This document shows, piece after piece, positions 1 through 12,600 of a DNA stretch of 64,000 nucleotides. The stretch lies in assembly GCF_964204645.1 (NCBI RefSeq), contig NC_134031.1, forward strand, positions 21,360,017-21,424,016, in the 5' to 3' direction. Under the pieces are notes generated by a model. It made no database searches and was not told the origin of the DNA. It saw only the letters and a list, made by a program, of their open reading frames with translations. Origin of the DNA: Tubulanus polymorphus. Lineage: Eukaryota; Animalia; Nemertea. Positions within the stretch are counted from its first letter, which is position 1, and every line of letters starts with the position of its first letter. A program made the translations under genes and the position numbers.

Positions 1-102
1 GATGATGGATTCAATCTGAAAAGATGTGTTAAGGCGTATTGAACTGATTTCAAATAGATAGGTGGAAAGATTAAGAATTTTCTGGCTATTTATGCTCCTG
101 AA
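1..102 (+). repeat. Monomer type A (exemplar)
   Basis: GATGATGGA(T/C)TCAATCTGAAAAGATG(G/T)GTTAAGGCGTATTGAACTGATTTCAAATAGATAGGTGGAAAGATTAAGAATTTTCTGGCTATTTATGCTCCTGAA. About 17 differences from C and 24 from B (hand count). Confidence 0.95.
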
Positions 103-204
103 GATGATGGACTCGATCTGAAATGATAGGTTAAGGTAGACTGAACTGATTTCGAGTAGATGGACTGAAAGATACAGATTTTTCTTGCAAAATAGGGTCC
201 TAAA
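103..204 (+). repeat. Monomer type B (exemplar), the most diverged type, carrying two TCGA sites
   Basis: GATGATGGACTCGATCTGAAATGATAGGTTAAGGTA(G/A)ACTGAACTGATTTCGAGTAGATGGACTGAAAGATACAGATTTTTCTTGCAAAATAGGGTCCTAAA. About 27 differences from C. Confidence 0.95.
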
Positions 205-306
205 GATGATGAGTTCTATCTTAATTGATGGGTTAGGGTGTACTGAACTGATTTCAAATAGATAGGTTGAAAGAATCAGAATTTTCTGGCTGCTTTTGGT
301 TCTGTA
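205..306 (+). repeat. Monomer type C (exemplar), containing GGGTTAGGG and a polymorphic EcoRI site (GAGTTC/GAATTC)
   Basis: GATGATGA(G/A)TTCTATCTTAATTGATGGGTTAGGGTG(T/A)ACTGAACTGATTTCAAATAGATAGGT(T/G)GAAAGAATCAGAATTTTCTGGCTGC(T/C)TTTGGTTCTGAA is the type consensus; this copy ends TCTGTA. Confidence 0.95.
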
Positions 307-1020
307 GATGATGGACTCAATCTGAAAAGATGGGTTAAGGCGTATTGAACTGATGTCAAATAGATAGGTGGAAAGATTAAGAATTTTCTGGCTATTTATG
401 CTCCTGAAGATGATGGACTCGATCTGAAATGATAGGTTAAGGTAGACTGAACTGATTTCGAGTAGATGGACTGAAAGATACAGATTTTTCTTGCAAAATA
501 GGGTCCTAAAGATGATAAATTCTATCTTAATTGATGGGTTAGGGTGAACTGAACTGATTTCAAATAGATGGGTGGAAAGAATCAGACTTTTCTGGCTGCC
601 TTTGGTTCTAAAGATGATGGACTCAATCTGAAAAGATGGGCAAAGGCGTATTGAACTGATTTCAAAGAGATAGGTGGAAAGATTAAGAATTTTGTGGCTA
701 TTTATGCTCCTGAAGATGATGGACTCGATCTGAAATGATAGGTTAAGGTAGACTGAACTGATTTCGAGTAGATGGACTGAAAGATACAGATTTTTCTTGC
801 AAAATAGGGTCCTAAAGATGATGAATTCTATCTTAATTGATGGGTTAGGGTGTACTGAACTGATTTCAAATAGATAGGTTGAAAGAATCAGAATTTTCTG
901 GCTGCTTTTGGTTCTGAAGATGATGGATTCAATCTGAAAAGATGGGTTAAGGCGTATTGAACTGATTTCAAATGGATAGGTGGAAAGATTAAGAATTTTC
1001 TGGCTATTTATGCTCCTGAA

Positions 1021-1428
1021 GATGATGGACTCGATCTGAAATGATAGGTTAAGGTAAACTGAACTGATTTCGAGTAGATGGACTGAAAGATACAGATTTT
1101 TCTTGCAAAATAGGGTCCTAAAGATGATGAGTTCTATCTTAATTGATGGGTTAGGGTGTACTGAACTGATTTCAAATAGATAGGTGGAAAGATTAAGAAT
1201 TTTCTGGTTATTTATGCTCCTGAAGATGATGGACTCGATCTGAAATGATAGGTTAAGGTAAACTGAACTGATTTCGAGTAGATGGACTGAAAGATACAGA
1301 TTTTACTTGCAAAATAGGGTCCTAAAGATGATGAGTTCAATCTTAATTGATGGGTTAGGGTGTACTGAACTGATTTCAAATAGATAGGTGGAAAGATTAA
1401 GAATTTTCTGGTTATTTATGCTCCTGAA
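1021..1428 (+). repeat. 204-bp variant unit (B plus C-head/A-tail hybrid monomer); two consecutive copies here, roughly 30 within 1-31 kb
   Basis: Monomers at 1123 and 1327 begin as C (GAGTTC..TCTTAATTGATGGGTTAGGG) and end as A (GGAAAGATTAAG...TTTATGCTCCTGAA). The switch lies inside the A/C-shared TGAACTGATTTCAAATAGATAGGT. Confidence 0.92.
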
Positions 1429-4400
1429 GATGATGGACTCGATCTGAAATGATAGGTTAAGGTAAACTGAACTGATTTCGAGTAGATGGACTGAAAGATA
1501 CAGATTTTTCTTGCAAAATAGGGTCCTAAAGATGATGAATTCTATCTTAATTGATGGGTAAGGGTGTACTGAACTGATTTCAAATAGATAGGTTGAAAGA
1601 ATCAGAATTTTCTTGCTGCCTTAGGTTCTGAAGATGATGGACTCAATCTGAAATGATGGGTTAAGGCGTATTGAACTGATTTCAAATAGATAGGTGGAAA
1701 GATTAAGAATTTTCGGGCTATTTATGCTCCTGAAGATGATGGACTCGATCTGAAATGATAGGTTAAGGTAAACTGAACTGATTTCGAATAGATGGACTGA
1801 AAGATACAGATTTTTCTTGCAAAATAGGGTCCTAAAGATGATGAATTCTATCTTAATTGATGGGTTAGGGTGTACTGAACTGATTTCAAATAGATAGGTT
1901 GAAAGAATCAGAATTTTCTGGCTGCTTTTGGTTCTGAAGATGATGGATTCAATCTGAAAAGATGTGTTAAGGCGTATTGAACTGATTTCAAATAGATAGG
2001 TGGAAAGATTAAGAATTTTCTGGCTATCTATGCTCCTGAAGATGATGGACTCGATCTGAAATGATAGGTTAAGGTAAACTGAACTGATTTCGAGTAGATG
2101 GACTGAAAGATACAGATTTTTCTTGCAAAATAGGGTCCTAAAGATGATGAATTCTATCTTAATTGATGGGTTAGGGTGTACTGAACTGATTTCAAATAGA
2201 TAGGTTGAAAGAATCAGAATTTTCTTGCTGCCTTAGGTTCTGAAGATGATGGACTCAATCTGAAAAGATGGGTTAAGGCGTATTGAACTGATTTCAAATA
2301 GATAGGTGGAAAGATTAAGAATTTTCTGGCTATCTATGCTCCTGAAGATGATGGACTCGATCTGAAATGATAGGTTAAGGTAAACTGAACTGATTTCGAG
2401 TAGATGGACTGAAAGATACAGATTTTTCTTGCAAAATAGGGTCCTAAAGATGATGAATTCTATCATAATTGATGGGTTAGGGTGTACTGAACTGATTTCA
2501 AATAGATAGGTTGAAAGATTAAGAACTTTCTGGCTGCTTTTGGTTCTGAAGATGATGGATTCAATCTGAAAAGATGGGTTAAGGCGTATTGAACTGATTT
2601 CAAATGGATAGGTGGAAAGATTAAGAATTTTCTGGCTATTTATGCTCCTGAAGATGATGGACTCGATCTGAAATGATAGGTTAAGGTAAACTGAACTGAT
2701 TTCGAGTAGATGGACTGAAAGATACAGATTTTTCTTGCAAAATAGGGTCCTAAAGATGATGAATTCTATCTTAATTGATGGGTTAGGGTGAACTGAACTG
2801 ATTTCAAATAGATAGGTGGAAAGAATCAGAATTTTCTGGCTGCCTTTGGTTCTGAAGATGATGGACTCAATCTGAAAAGATGGGCTAAGGCGTATTGAAC
2901 TGATTTAAAATAGATAGGTGGAACGATTAAGAATTTTCTGGCTATTTATGCTCCTGAAGATGATGGACTCGATCTGAAATAATAGGTTAAGGTAGACTGA
3001 ACTGATTTCGAGTAGATGCACTGAAAGATACAGATTTTTCTTGCAAAAAAGGGTCCTAAAGATGATGAGTTCTATCTTAATTGATGGGTTAGGGTGTACT
3101 GAACTGATTTCAAATAGATAGGTGGAAAGATTAAGAATTTTCGGGCTATTTATGCTCCTGAAGATGATGGACTCGATCTGAAATGATAGGTTAAGGTAAA
3201 CTGAACTGATTTCGAATAGATGGACTGAAAGATACAGATTTTTCTTGCAAAATAGGGTCCTAAAGATGATGAATTCTATCTTAATTGATGGGTTAGGGTG
3301 TACTGAACTGATTTCAAATAGATAGGTGGAAAGAATCAGAATTTCCTTGCTGCTTTTGGTTCTAAAGATGATGGATTCAATCTGAAAAGATGTGTTAAGG
3401 CGTATTGAACTGATTTCAAATAGATAGGTGGAAAGATTAAGAAATTTCTGGCTATTTATGCTCCTGAAGATGATGGACTCGATCTGAAATGATAGATTAA
3501 GGTAAACTGAACTGATTTCGAGCAGATGGACTGAAAGATACAGATTTTTCTTGCAAAATAGGGTCCTAAAGATGATGAATTCTATCTTAATTGATGGGTT
3601 AGGGTGTACTGAACTGATTTCAAATAGATAGGTTGAAAGAATCAGAATTTTCTGGCTGCTTTTGGTTCTGAAGATGATGGATTCAATCTGAAAAGATGTG
3701 TTAAGGCGTATTGAACTGATTTCAAATAGATAGGTGGAAAGATTAAGAATTTTCTGGCTATTTATGCTCCTGAAGATGATGGACTCGATCTGAAATGATA
3801 GGTTAAGGTAGACTGAACTGATTTCGAGTAGATGGACTGAAAGATACAGATTTTTCTTGCAAAATAGGGTCCTAAAGATGATGAGTTCTATCTTAATTGA
3901 TGGGTTAGGGTGTACTGAACTGATTTCAAATAGATAGGTGGAAAGAATCAGAATTTTCTGGCTGCCTTTGGTTCTGAAGATGATGGACTCAATCTGAAAA
4001 GATGGGCTAAGGCGTATTGAACTGATTTCAAATAGATAGGTGGAAAGATTAAGAATTTTCTGGCTATTTATGCTCCTGAAGATGATGGACTCGATCTGAA
4101 ATGATAGGTTAAGGTAGACTGAACTGATTTCGAGTAGATGGACTGAAAGATACAGATTTTTCTTGCAAAAAAGGGTCCTAAAGATGATGAGTTCTATCTT
4201 AATTGATGGGTTAGGGTGTACTGAACTGATTTCAAATAGATAGGTGGAAAGATTAAGAATTTTCTGGCTATTTATGCTCCTGAAGATGATGGACTCGATC
4301 TGAAATGATAGGTTAAGGTAAACTGAACTGATTTCGAGTAGATGGACTGAAAGATACAGATTTTTCTTGCAAAATAGGGTCCTAAAGATGATGAATTCTA

Positions 4401-6699
4401 TCTTAATTGATGGGTTAGGGTGTACTGAACTGATTTCAAATAGATAGGTTGAAAGAATCAGAATTTTATGGCTGCTTTTGGTTCTGAAGATGATGGATTC
4501 AATCTGAAAAGATGTGTTAAGGCGTATTGAACTGATTTCAAATAGATAGGTGGAAAGATTAAGAATTTTCTGGCTATTTATGCTCCTGAAGATGATGGAC
4601 TCGATCTGAAATGATAGGTTAAGGTAGACTGAACTGATTTCGAGTAGATGGACTGAAAGATACAGATTTTTCTTGCAAAATAGGGTCCTAAAGATGATGA
4701 GTTCTATCTTAATTGATGGGTTAGGGTGTACTGAACTGATTTCAAATAGATAGGTGGAAAGAATCAGAATTTTCTGGCTGCCTTTGGTTCTGAAGATGAT
4801 GGACTCAATCTGAAAAGATGGGCTAAGGCGTACTGAACTGATTTCAAATAGATAGGTGGAAAGATTAAGAATTTTCTGGCTATTTATGCTCCTGAAGATG
4901 ATGGACTCGATCTGAAATGATAGGTTAAGGTAGACTGAACTGATTTCGAGTAGATGGACTGAAAGATACAGATTTTTCTTGCAAAAAAGGGTCCTAAAGA
5001 TGATGAGTTCTATCTTAATTGATGGGTTAGGGTGTACTGAACTGATTTCAAATAGATAGGTGGAAAGATTAAGAATTTTCTGGCTATTTATGCTCCTGAA
5101 GATAATGGACTCGATCTGAAATGATAGGTTAAGGTAAACTGAACTGATTTCGAGTAGATGGACTGAAAGATACAGATTTTTCTTGCAAAATAGGGTCCTA
5201 AAGATGATGAATTCTATCTTAATTGATGGGTTAGGGTGTACTGAACTGATTTCAAATAGATAGGTTGAAAGAATCAGAATTTTATGGCTGCTTTTGGTTC
5301 TGAAGATGATGGATTCAATCTGAAAAGATGTGTTAAGGCGTATTGAACTGATTTCAAATAGATAGGTGGAAAGATTAAGAATTTTCTGGCTATTTATGCT
5401 CCTGAAGATGATGGACTCGATCTGAAATGATAGGTTAAGGTAGACTGAACTGATTTCGAGTAGATGGACTGAAAGATACAGATTTTTCTTGCAAAATAGG
5501 GTCCTAAAGATGATGAGTTCTATCTTAATTGATGGGTTAGGGTGTACTGAACTGATTTCAAATAGATAGGTTGAAAGAATCAGAATTTTCTGGCTGCTTT
5601 TGGTTCTGAAGATGATGGACTCAATCTGAAAAGATGGGTTAAGGCGTATTGAACTGATGTCAAATAGATAGGTGGAAAGATTAAGAATTTTCTGGCTATT
5701 TATGCTCCTGAAGATGATGGACTCGATCTGAAATGATAGGTTAAGGTAGACTGAACTGATTTCGAGTAGATGGACTGAAAGATACAGATTTTTCTTGCAA
5801 AATAGGGTCCTAAAGATGATGAATTCTATCTTAATTGATGGGTTAGGGTGAACTGAACTGATTTCAAATAGATAGGTTGAAAGAATCAGAATTTTCTTGC
5901 TGCCTTAGGTTCTGAAGATGATGGACTCAATCTGAAAAGATGGGTTAAGGCGTATTGAACTGATTTCAAATAGATAGGTGGAAAGATTAAGAATTTTCTG
6001 GCTATCTATGCTCCTGAAGATGATGGACTCGATCTGAAATGATAGGTTAAGGTAAACTGAACTGATTTCGAGTAGATGGACTGAAAGATACAGATTTTTC
6101 TTGCAAAATAGGGTCCTAAAGATGATGAATTCTATCATAATTGATGGGTTAGGGTGTACTGAACTGATTTCAAATAGATAGGTTGAAAGATTAAGAACTT
6201 TCTGGCTGCTTTTGGTTCTGAAGATGATGGATTCAATCTGAAAAGATGGGTTAAGGCGTATTGAACTGATTTCAAATGGATAGGTGGAAAGATTAAGAAT
6301 TTTCTGGCTATTTATGCTCCTGAAGATGATGGACTCGATCTGAAATGATAGGTTAAGGTAAACTGAACTGATTTCGAGTAGATGGACTGAAAGATACAGA
6401 TTTTTCTTACAAAATAGGGTCCTAAAGATGATGAATTCTATCTTAATTGATGGGTTAGGGTGAACTGAACTGATTTCAAATAGATAGGTGGAAAGAATCA
6501 GAATTTTCTGGCTGCCTTTGGTTCTGAAGATGATGGACTCAATCTGAAAAGATGGGCAAAGGCGTATTGAACTGATTTAAAATAGATAGGTGGAACGATT
6601 AAGAATTTTCTGGCTATTTATGCTCCTGAAGATGATGGACTCGATCTGAAATGATAGGTTAAGGTAGACTGAACTGATTTCGAGTAGATGGACTGAAAG

Positions 6700-9600
6700 A
6701 TACAGATTTTTCTTGCAAAAAAGGGTCCTAAAGATGATGAGTTCTATCTTAATTGATGGGTTAGGGTGTACTGAACTGATTTCAAATAGATAGGTGGAAA
6801 GATTAAGAATTTTCGGGCTATTTATGCTCCTGAAGATGATGGACTCGATCTGAAATGATAGGTTAAGGTAAACTGAACTGATTTCGAATAGATGGACTGA
6901 AAGATACAGATTTTTCTTGCAAAATAGGGTCCTAAAGATGATGAATTCTATCTTAATTGATGGGTTAGGGTGTACTGAACTGATTTCAAATAGATAGGTG
7001 GAAAGAATCAGAATTTTCTTGCTGCTTTTGGTTCTAAAGATGATGGATTCAATCTGAAAAGATGTGTTAAGGCGTATTGAACTGATTTCAAATAGATAGG
7101 TGGAAAGATTAAGAATTTTCTGGCTATTTATGCTCCTGAAGATGATGGACTCGATCTGAAATGATAGATTAAGGTAAACTGAACTGATTTCGAGCAGATG
7201 GACTGAAAGATACAGATTTTTCTTGCAAAATAGGGTCCTAAAGATGATGAGTTCTATCTTAATTGATGGGTTAGGGTGTACTGAACTGATTTCAAATAGA
7301 TAGGTTGAAAGAATCAGAATTTTCTGGCTGCTTTTGGTTCTGAAGATGATGGATTCAATCTGAAAAGATGTGTTAAGGCGTATTGAACTGATTTCAAATA
7401 GATAGGTGGAAAGATTAAGAATTTTCTGGCTATTTATGCTCCTGAAGATGATGGACTCGATCTGAAATGATAGGTTAAGGTAGACTGAACTGATTTCGAG
7501 TAGATGGACTGAAAGATACAGATTTTTCTTGCAAAATAGGGTCCTAAAGATGATGAATTCTATCTTAATTGATGGGTTAGGGTGTACTGAACTGATTTCA
7601 AATAGATAGGTGGAAAGAATCAGAATTTTCTGGCTGCCTTTGGTTCTGAAGATGATGGACTCAATCTGAAAAGATGGGCTAAGGCGTATTGAACTGATTT
7701 CAAATAGATAGGTGGAAAGATTAAGAATTTTCTGGCTATTTATGCTCCTGAAGATGATGGACTCGATCTGAAATGATAGGTTAAGGTAGACTGAACTGAT
7801 TTCGAGTAGATGGACTGAAAGATACAGATTTTTCTTGCAAAAAAGGGTCCTAAAGATGATGAGTTCTATCTTAATTGATGGGTTAGGGTGTACTGAATTG
7901 ATTTCAAATAGATAGGTGGAAAGATTAAGAATTTTCTGGCTATTTATGCTCCTGAAGATGATGGACTCGATCTGAAATGATAGGTTAAGGTAAACTGAAC
8001 TGATTTCGAGTAGATGGACTGAAAGATACAGATTTTTCTTGCAAAATAGGGTCCTAAAGATGATGAGTTCTATCTTAATTGATGGGTTAGGGTGTACTGA
8101 ACTGATTTCAAATAGATAGGTTGAAAGAATCAGAATTTTATGGCTGCTTTTGGTTCTGAAGATGATGGATTCAATCTGAAAAGATGTGTTAAGGCGTATT
8201 GAACTGATTTCAAATAGATAGGTGGAAAGATTAAGAATTTTCTGGCTATTTATGCTCCTGAAGATGATGGACTCGATCTGAAATGATAGGTTAAGGTAGA
8301 CTGAACTGATTTCGAGTAGATGGACTGAAAGATACAGATTTTTCTTGCAAAATAGGGTCCTAAAGATGATGAATTCTATCTTAATTGATGGGTTAGGGTG
8401 AACTGAACTGATTTCAAATAGATAGGTGGAAAGAATCAGAATTTTCTGGCTGCCTTTGGTTCTAAAGATGATGGACTCAATCTGAAAAGATGGGCTAAGG
8501 CGTATTGAACTGATTTCAAAGAGATAGGTTGAAAGATTAAGAATTTTCTGGCTATTTATGCTCCTGAAGATGATGGACTCGATCTGAAATGATAGGTTAA
8601 GGTAAACTGAACTGATTTCAAGCAGATGGACTGAAAGATACAGATTTTTCTTGCAAAATAGGGTCCTAAAGATGATGAGTTCTATCTTAATTGATGGGTT
8701 AGGGTGTACTGAACTGATTTCAAATAGATAGGTTGAAAGAATCAGAATTTTCTTGCTGCCTTAGGTTCTGAAGATGATGGACTCAATCTGAAAAGATGGG
8801 TTAAGGCGTATTGAACTGATTTCAAATAGATAGGTGGAAAGATTAAGAATTTTCTGGCTATTTATGCTCCTGAAGATGATGGACTCGATCTGAAATGATA
8901 GGTTAAGGTAAACTGAACTGATTTCGAGTAGATGGACTGAAAGATACAGATTTTTCTTGCAAAATAGGGTCCTAAAGATGATGAATTCTATCATAATTGA
9001 TGGGTTAGGGTGTACTGAACTGATTTCAAATAGATAGGTTGAAAGATTAAGAACTTTCTGGCTGCTTTTGGTTCTGAAGATGATGGATTCAATCTGAAAA
9101 GATGTGTTAAGGCGTATTGAACTGATTTCAAATGGATAGGTGGAAAGATTAAGAATTTTCTGGCTATTTATGCTCCTGAAGATGATGGACTCGATCTGAA
9201 ATGATAGGTTAAGGTAAACTGAACTGATTTCGAGTAGATGGACTGAAAGATACAGATTTTTCTTGCAAAATAGGGTCCTAAAGATGATGAATTCTATCTT
9301 AATTGATGGGTTAGGGTGAACTGAACTGATTTCAAATAGATAGGTGGAAAGAATCAGAATTTTCTGGCTGCCTTTGGTTCTGACGATGATGGACTCAATC
9401 TGAAAAGATGGGCAAAGGCGTATTGAACTGATTTCAAATAGATAGGTGGAAAGATTAAGAATTTTCTGGCTATTTATGCTCCTGAAGATGATGGACTCGA
9501 TCTGAAATGATAGGTTAAGGTAGACTGAACTGATTTCGAGTATATGGACTGAAAGATACAGATTTTTCTTGCAAAAAAGGGTCCTAAAGATGATGAGTTC

Positions 9601-12600
9601 TATCTTAATTGATGGGTTAGGGTGTACTGAACTGATTTCAAATAGATAGGTGGAAAGATTAAGAATTTTCGGGCTATTTATGCTCCTGAAGATGATGGAC
9701 TCGATCTGAAATGATAGGGTAAGGTAAACTGAACTGATTTCGAATAGATGGACTGAAAGATACAGATTTTTCTTGCAAAATAGGGTCCTAAAGATGATGA
9801 ATTCTATCTTAATTGATGGGTTAGGGTGTACTGAACTGATTTCAAATAGATAGGTTGAAAGAATCAGAATTTTCTGGCTGCTTTTGGTTCTGAAGATGAT
9901 GGATTCAATCTGAAAAGATGTGTTAAGGCGTATTGAACTGATTTCAAATAGATAGGTGGAAAGATTAAGAATTTTCTGGCTATTTATGCTCCTGAAGATG
10001 ATGGACTCGATCTGAAATGATAGGTTAAGGTAGACTGAACTGATTTCGAGTAGATGGACTGAAAGATACAGATTTTTCTTGCAAAATAGGGTCCTAAAGA
10101 TGATGAGTTCTATCTTAATTGATGGGTTAGGGTGTACTGAACTGATTTCAAATAGATAGGTGGAAAGAATCAGAATTTTCTGGCTGCCTTTGGTTCTGAA
10201 GATGATGGACTCAATCTGAAAAGATGGGCTAAGGCGTATTGAACTGATTTCAAATAGATAGGTGGAACGATTAAGAATTTTCTGGCTATTTATGCTCCTG
10301 AAGATGATGGACTCGATCTGAAATGATAGGTTAAGGTAGACTGAACTGATTTCGAGTAGATGCACTGAAAGATACAGATTTTTCTTGCAAAAAAGGGTCC
10401 TAAAGATGATGAGTTCTATCTTAATTGATGGGTTAGGGTATACTGAACTGATTTCAAATAGATAGGTGGAAAGATTAAGAATTTTCGGGCTATTTATGCT
10501 CCTGAAGATGATGGACTCGATCTGAAATGATAGGTTAAGGTAAACTGAACTGATTTCGAATAGATGGACTGAAAGATACAGATTTTTCTTGCAAAATAGG
10601 GTCCTAAAGATGATGAATTCTATCTTAATTGATGGGTTAGGGTGTACTGAACTGATTTCAAATAGATAGGTTGAAAGAATCAGAATTTTCTTGCTGCTTT
10701 TGGTTCTAAAGATGATGGATTCAATCTGAAAAGATGTGTTAAGGCGTATTGAACTGATTTCAAATAGATAGGTGGAAAGATTAAGAATTTTCTGGCTATT
10801 TATGCTCCTGAAGATGATGGACTCGATCTGAAATGATAGATTAAGGTAAACTGAACTGATTTCGAGCAGATGGACTGAAAGATACAGATTTTTCTTGCAA
10901 AATAGGGTCCTAAAGATGATGAGTTCTATCTTAATTGATGGGTTAGGGTGTACTGAACTGATTTCAAATAGATAGGTTGAAAGAATCAGAATTTTCTGGC
11001 TGCTTTTGGTTCTGAAGATGATGGATTCAATCTGAAAAGATGTGTTAAGGCGTATTGAACTGATTTCAAATAGATAGGTGGAAAGATTAAGAATTTTCTG
11101 GCTATTTATGCTCCTGAAGATGATGGACTCGATCTGAAATGATAGGTTAAGGTAGACTGAACTGATTTCGAGTAGATGGACTGAAAGATACAGATTTTTC
11201 TTGCAAAATAGGGTCCTAAAGATGATGAATTCTATCTTAATTGATGGGTTAGGGTGTACTGAACTGATTTCAAATAGATAGGTGGAAAGAATCAGAATTT
11301 TCTGGCTGCCTTTGGTTCTGAAGATGATGGACTCAATCTGAAAAGATGGGCTAAGGCGTATTGAACTGATTTCAAATAGATAGGTGGAAAGATTAAGAAT
11401 TTTCTGGCTATTTATGCTCCTGAAGATGATGGACTCGATCTGAAATGATAGGTTAAGGTAGACTGAACTGATTTCGAGTAGATGGACTGAAAGATACAGA
11501 TTTTTCTTGCAAAAAAGGGTCCTAAAGATGATGAGTTCTATCTTAATTGATGGGTTAGGGTGTACTGAATTGATTTCAAATAGATAGGTGGAAAGATTAA
11601 GAATTTTCTGGCTATTTATGCTCCTGAAGATGATGGACTCGATCTGAAATGATAGGTTAAGGTAAACTGAACTGATTTCGAGTAGATGGACTGAAAGATA
11701 CAGATTTTTCTTGCAAAATAGGGTCCTAAAGATGATGAGTTCTATCTTAATTGATGGGTTAGGGTGTACTGAACTGATTTCAAATAGATAGGTTGAAAGA
11801 ATCAGAATTTTATGGCTGCTTTTGGTTCTGAAGATGATGGATTCAATCTGAAAAGATGTGTTAAGGCGTATTGAACTGATTTCAAATAGATAGGTGGAAA
11901 GATTAAGAATTTTCTGGCTATTTATGCTCCTGAAGATGATGGACTCGATCTGAAATGATAGGTTAAGGTAGACTGAACTGATTTCGAGTAGATGGACTGA
12001 AAGATACAGATTTTTCTTGCAAAATAGGGTCCTAAAGATGATGAATTCTATCTTAATTGATGGGTTAGGGTGAACTGAACTGATTTCAAATAGATAGGTG
12101 GAAAGAATCAGAATTTTCTGGCTGCCTTTGGTTCTAAAGATGATGGACTCAATCTGAAAAGATGGGCTAAGGCGTATTGAACTGATTTCAAAGAGATAGG
12201 TTGAAAGATTAAGAATTTTCTGGCTATTTATGCTCCTGAAGATGATGGACTCGATCTGAAATGATAGGTTAAGGTAAACTGAACTGATTTCGAGCAGATG
12301 GACTGAAAGATACAGATTTTTCTTGCAAAATAGGGTCCTAAAGATGATGAGTTCTATCTTAATTGATGGGTTAGGGTGTACTGAACTGATTTCAAATAGA
12401 TAGGTTGAAAGAATCAGAATTTTCTTGCTGCCTTAGGTTCTGAAGATGATGGACTCAATCTGAAAAGATGGGTTAAGGCGTATTGAACTGATTTCAAATA
12501 GATAGGTGGAAAGATTAAGAATTTTCTGGCTATTTATGCTCCTGAAGATGATGGACTCGATCTGAAATGATAGGTTAAGGTAAACTGAACTGATTTCGAG

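Noticed and set aside
167-194. Hairpins GAAAGAT-ACAG-ATTTTTC and TTTT-CTTGC-AAAA as conserved structure or terminator
   Set aside because: The stems are short, AT-rich and imperfect, weaker in A and C, and expected by chance at this composition.
230-240. Interstitial telomere tract or G-quadruplex
   Set aside because: There are only 1.5 TTAGGG units and two adjacent G3 runs per 306 bp, with no tandem tract.
1-306. Tandem tRNA, 5S rRNA, snRNA or spliced-leader gene array
   Set aside because: I could not recognise a cloverleaf, A/B or C box, or conserved RNA sequence. A covariance-model (Rfam/Infernal) search would be the formal test.
8761-10365. TPR, ankyrin, PPR, TALE or LRR identity for the 34-aa periodic translation
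   Set aside because: Only the period fits. The TPR small/aromatic pattern, ankyrin TPLH, TALE LTPxQVVAIAS and LRR LxxLxLxxN consensus are not convincingly present in any frame.
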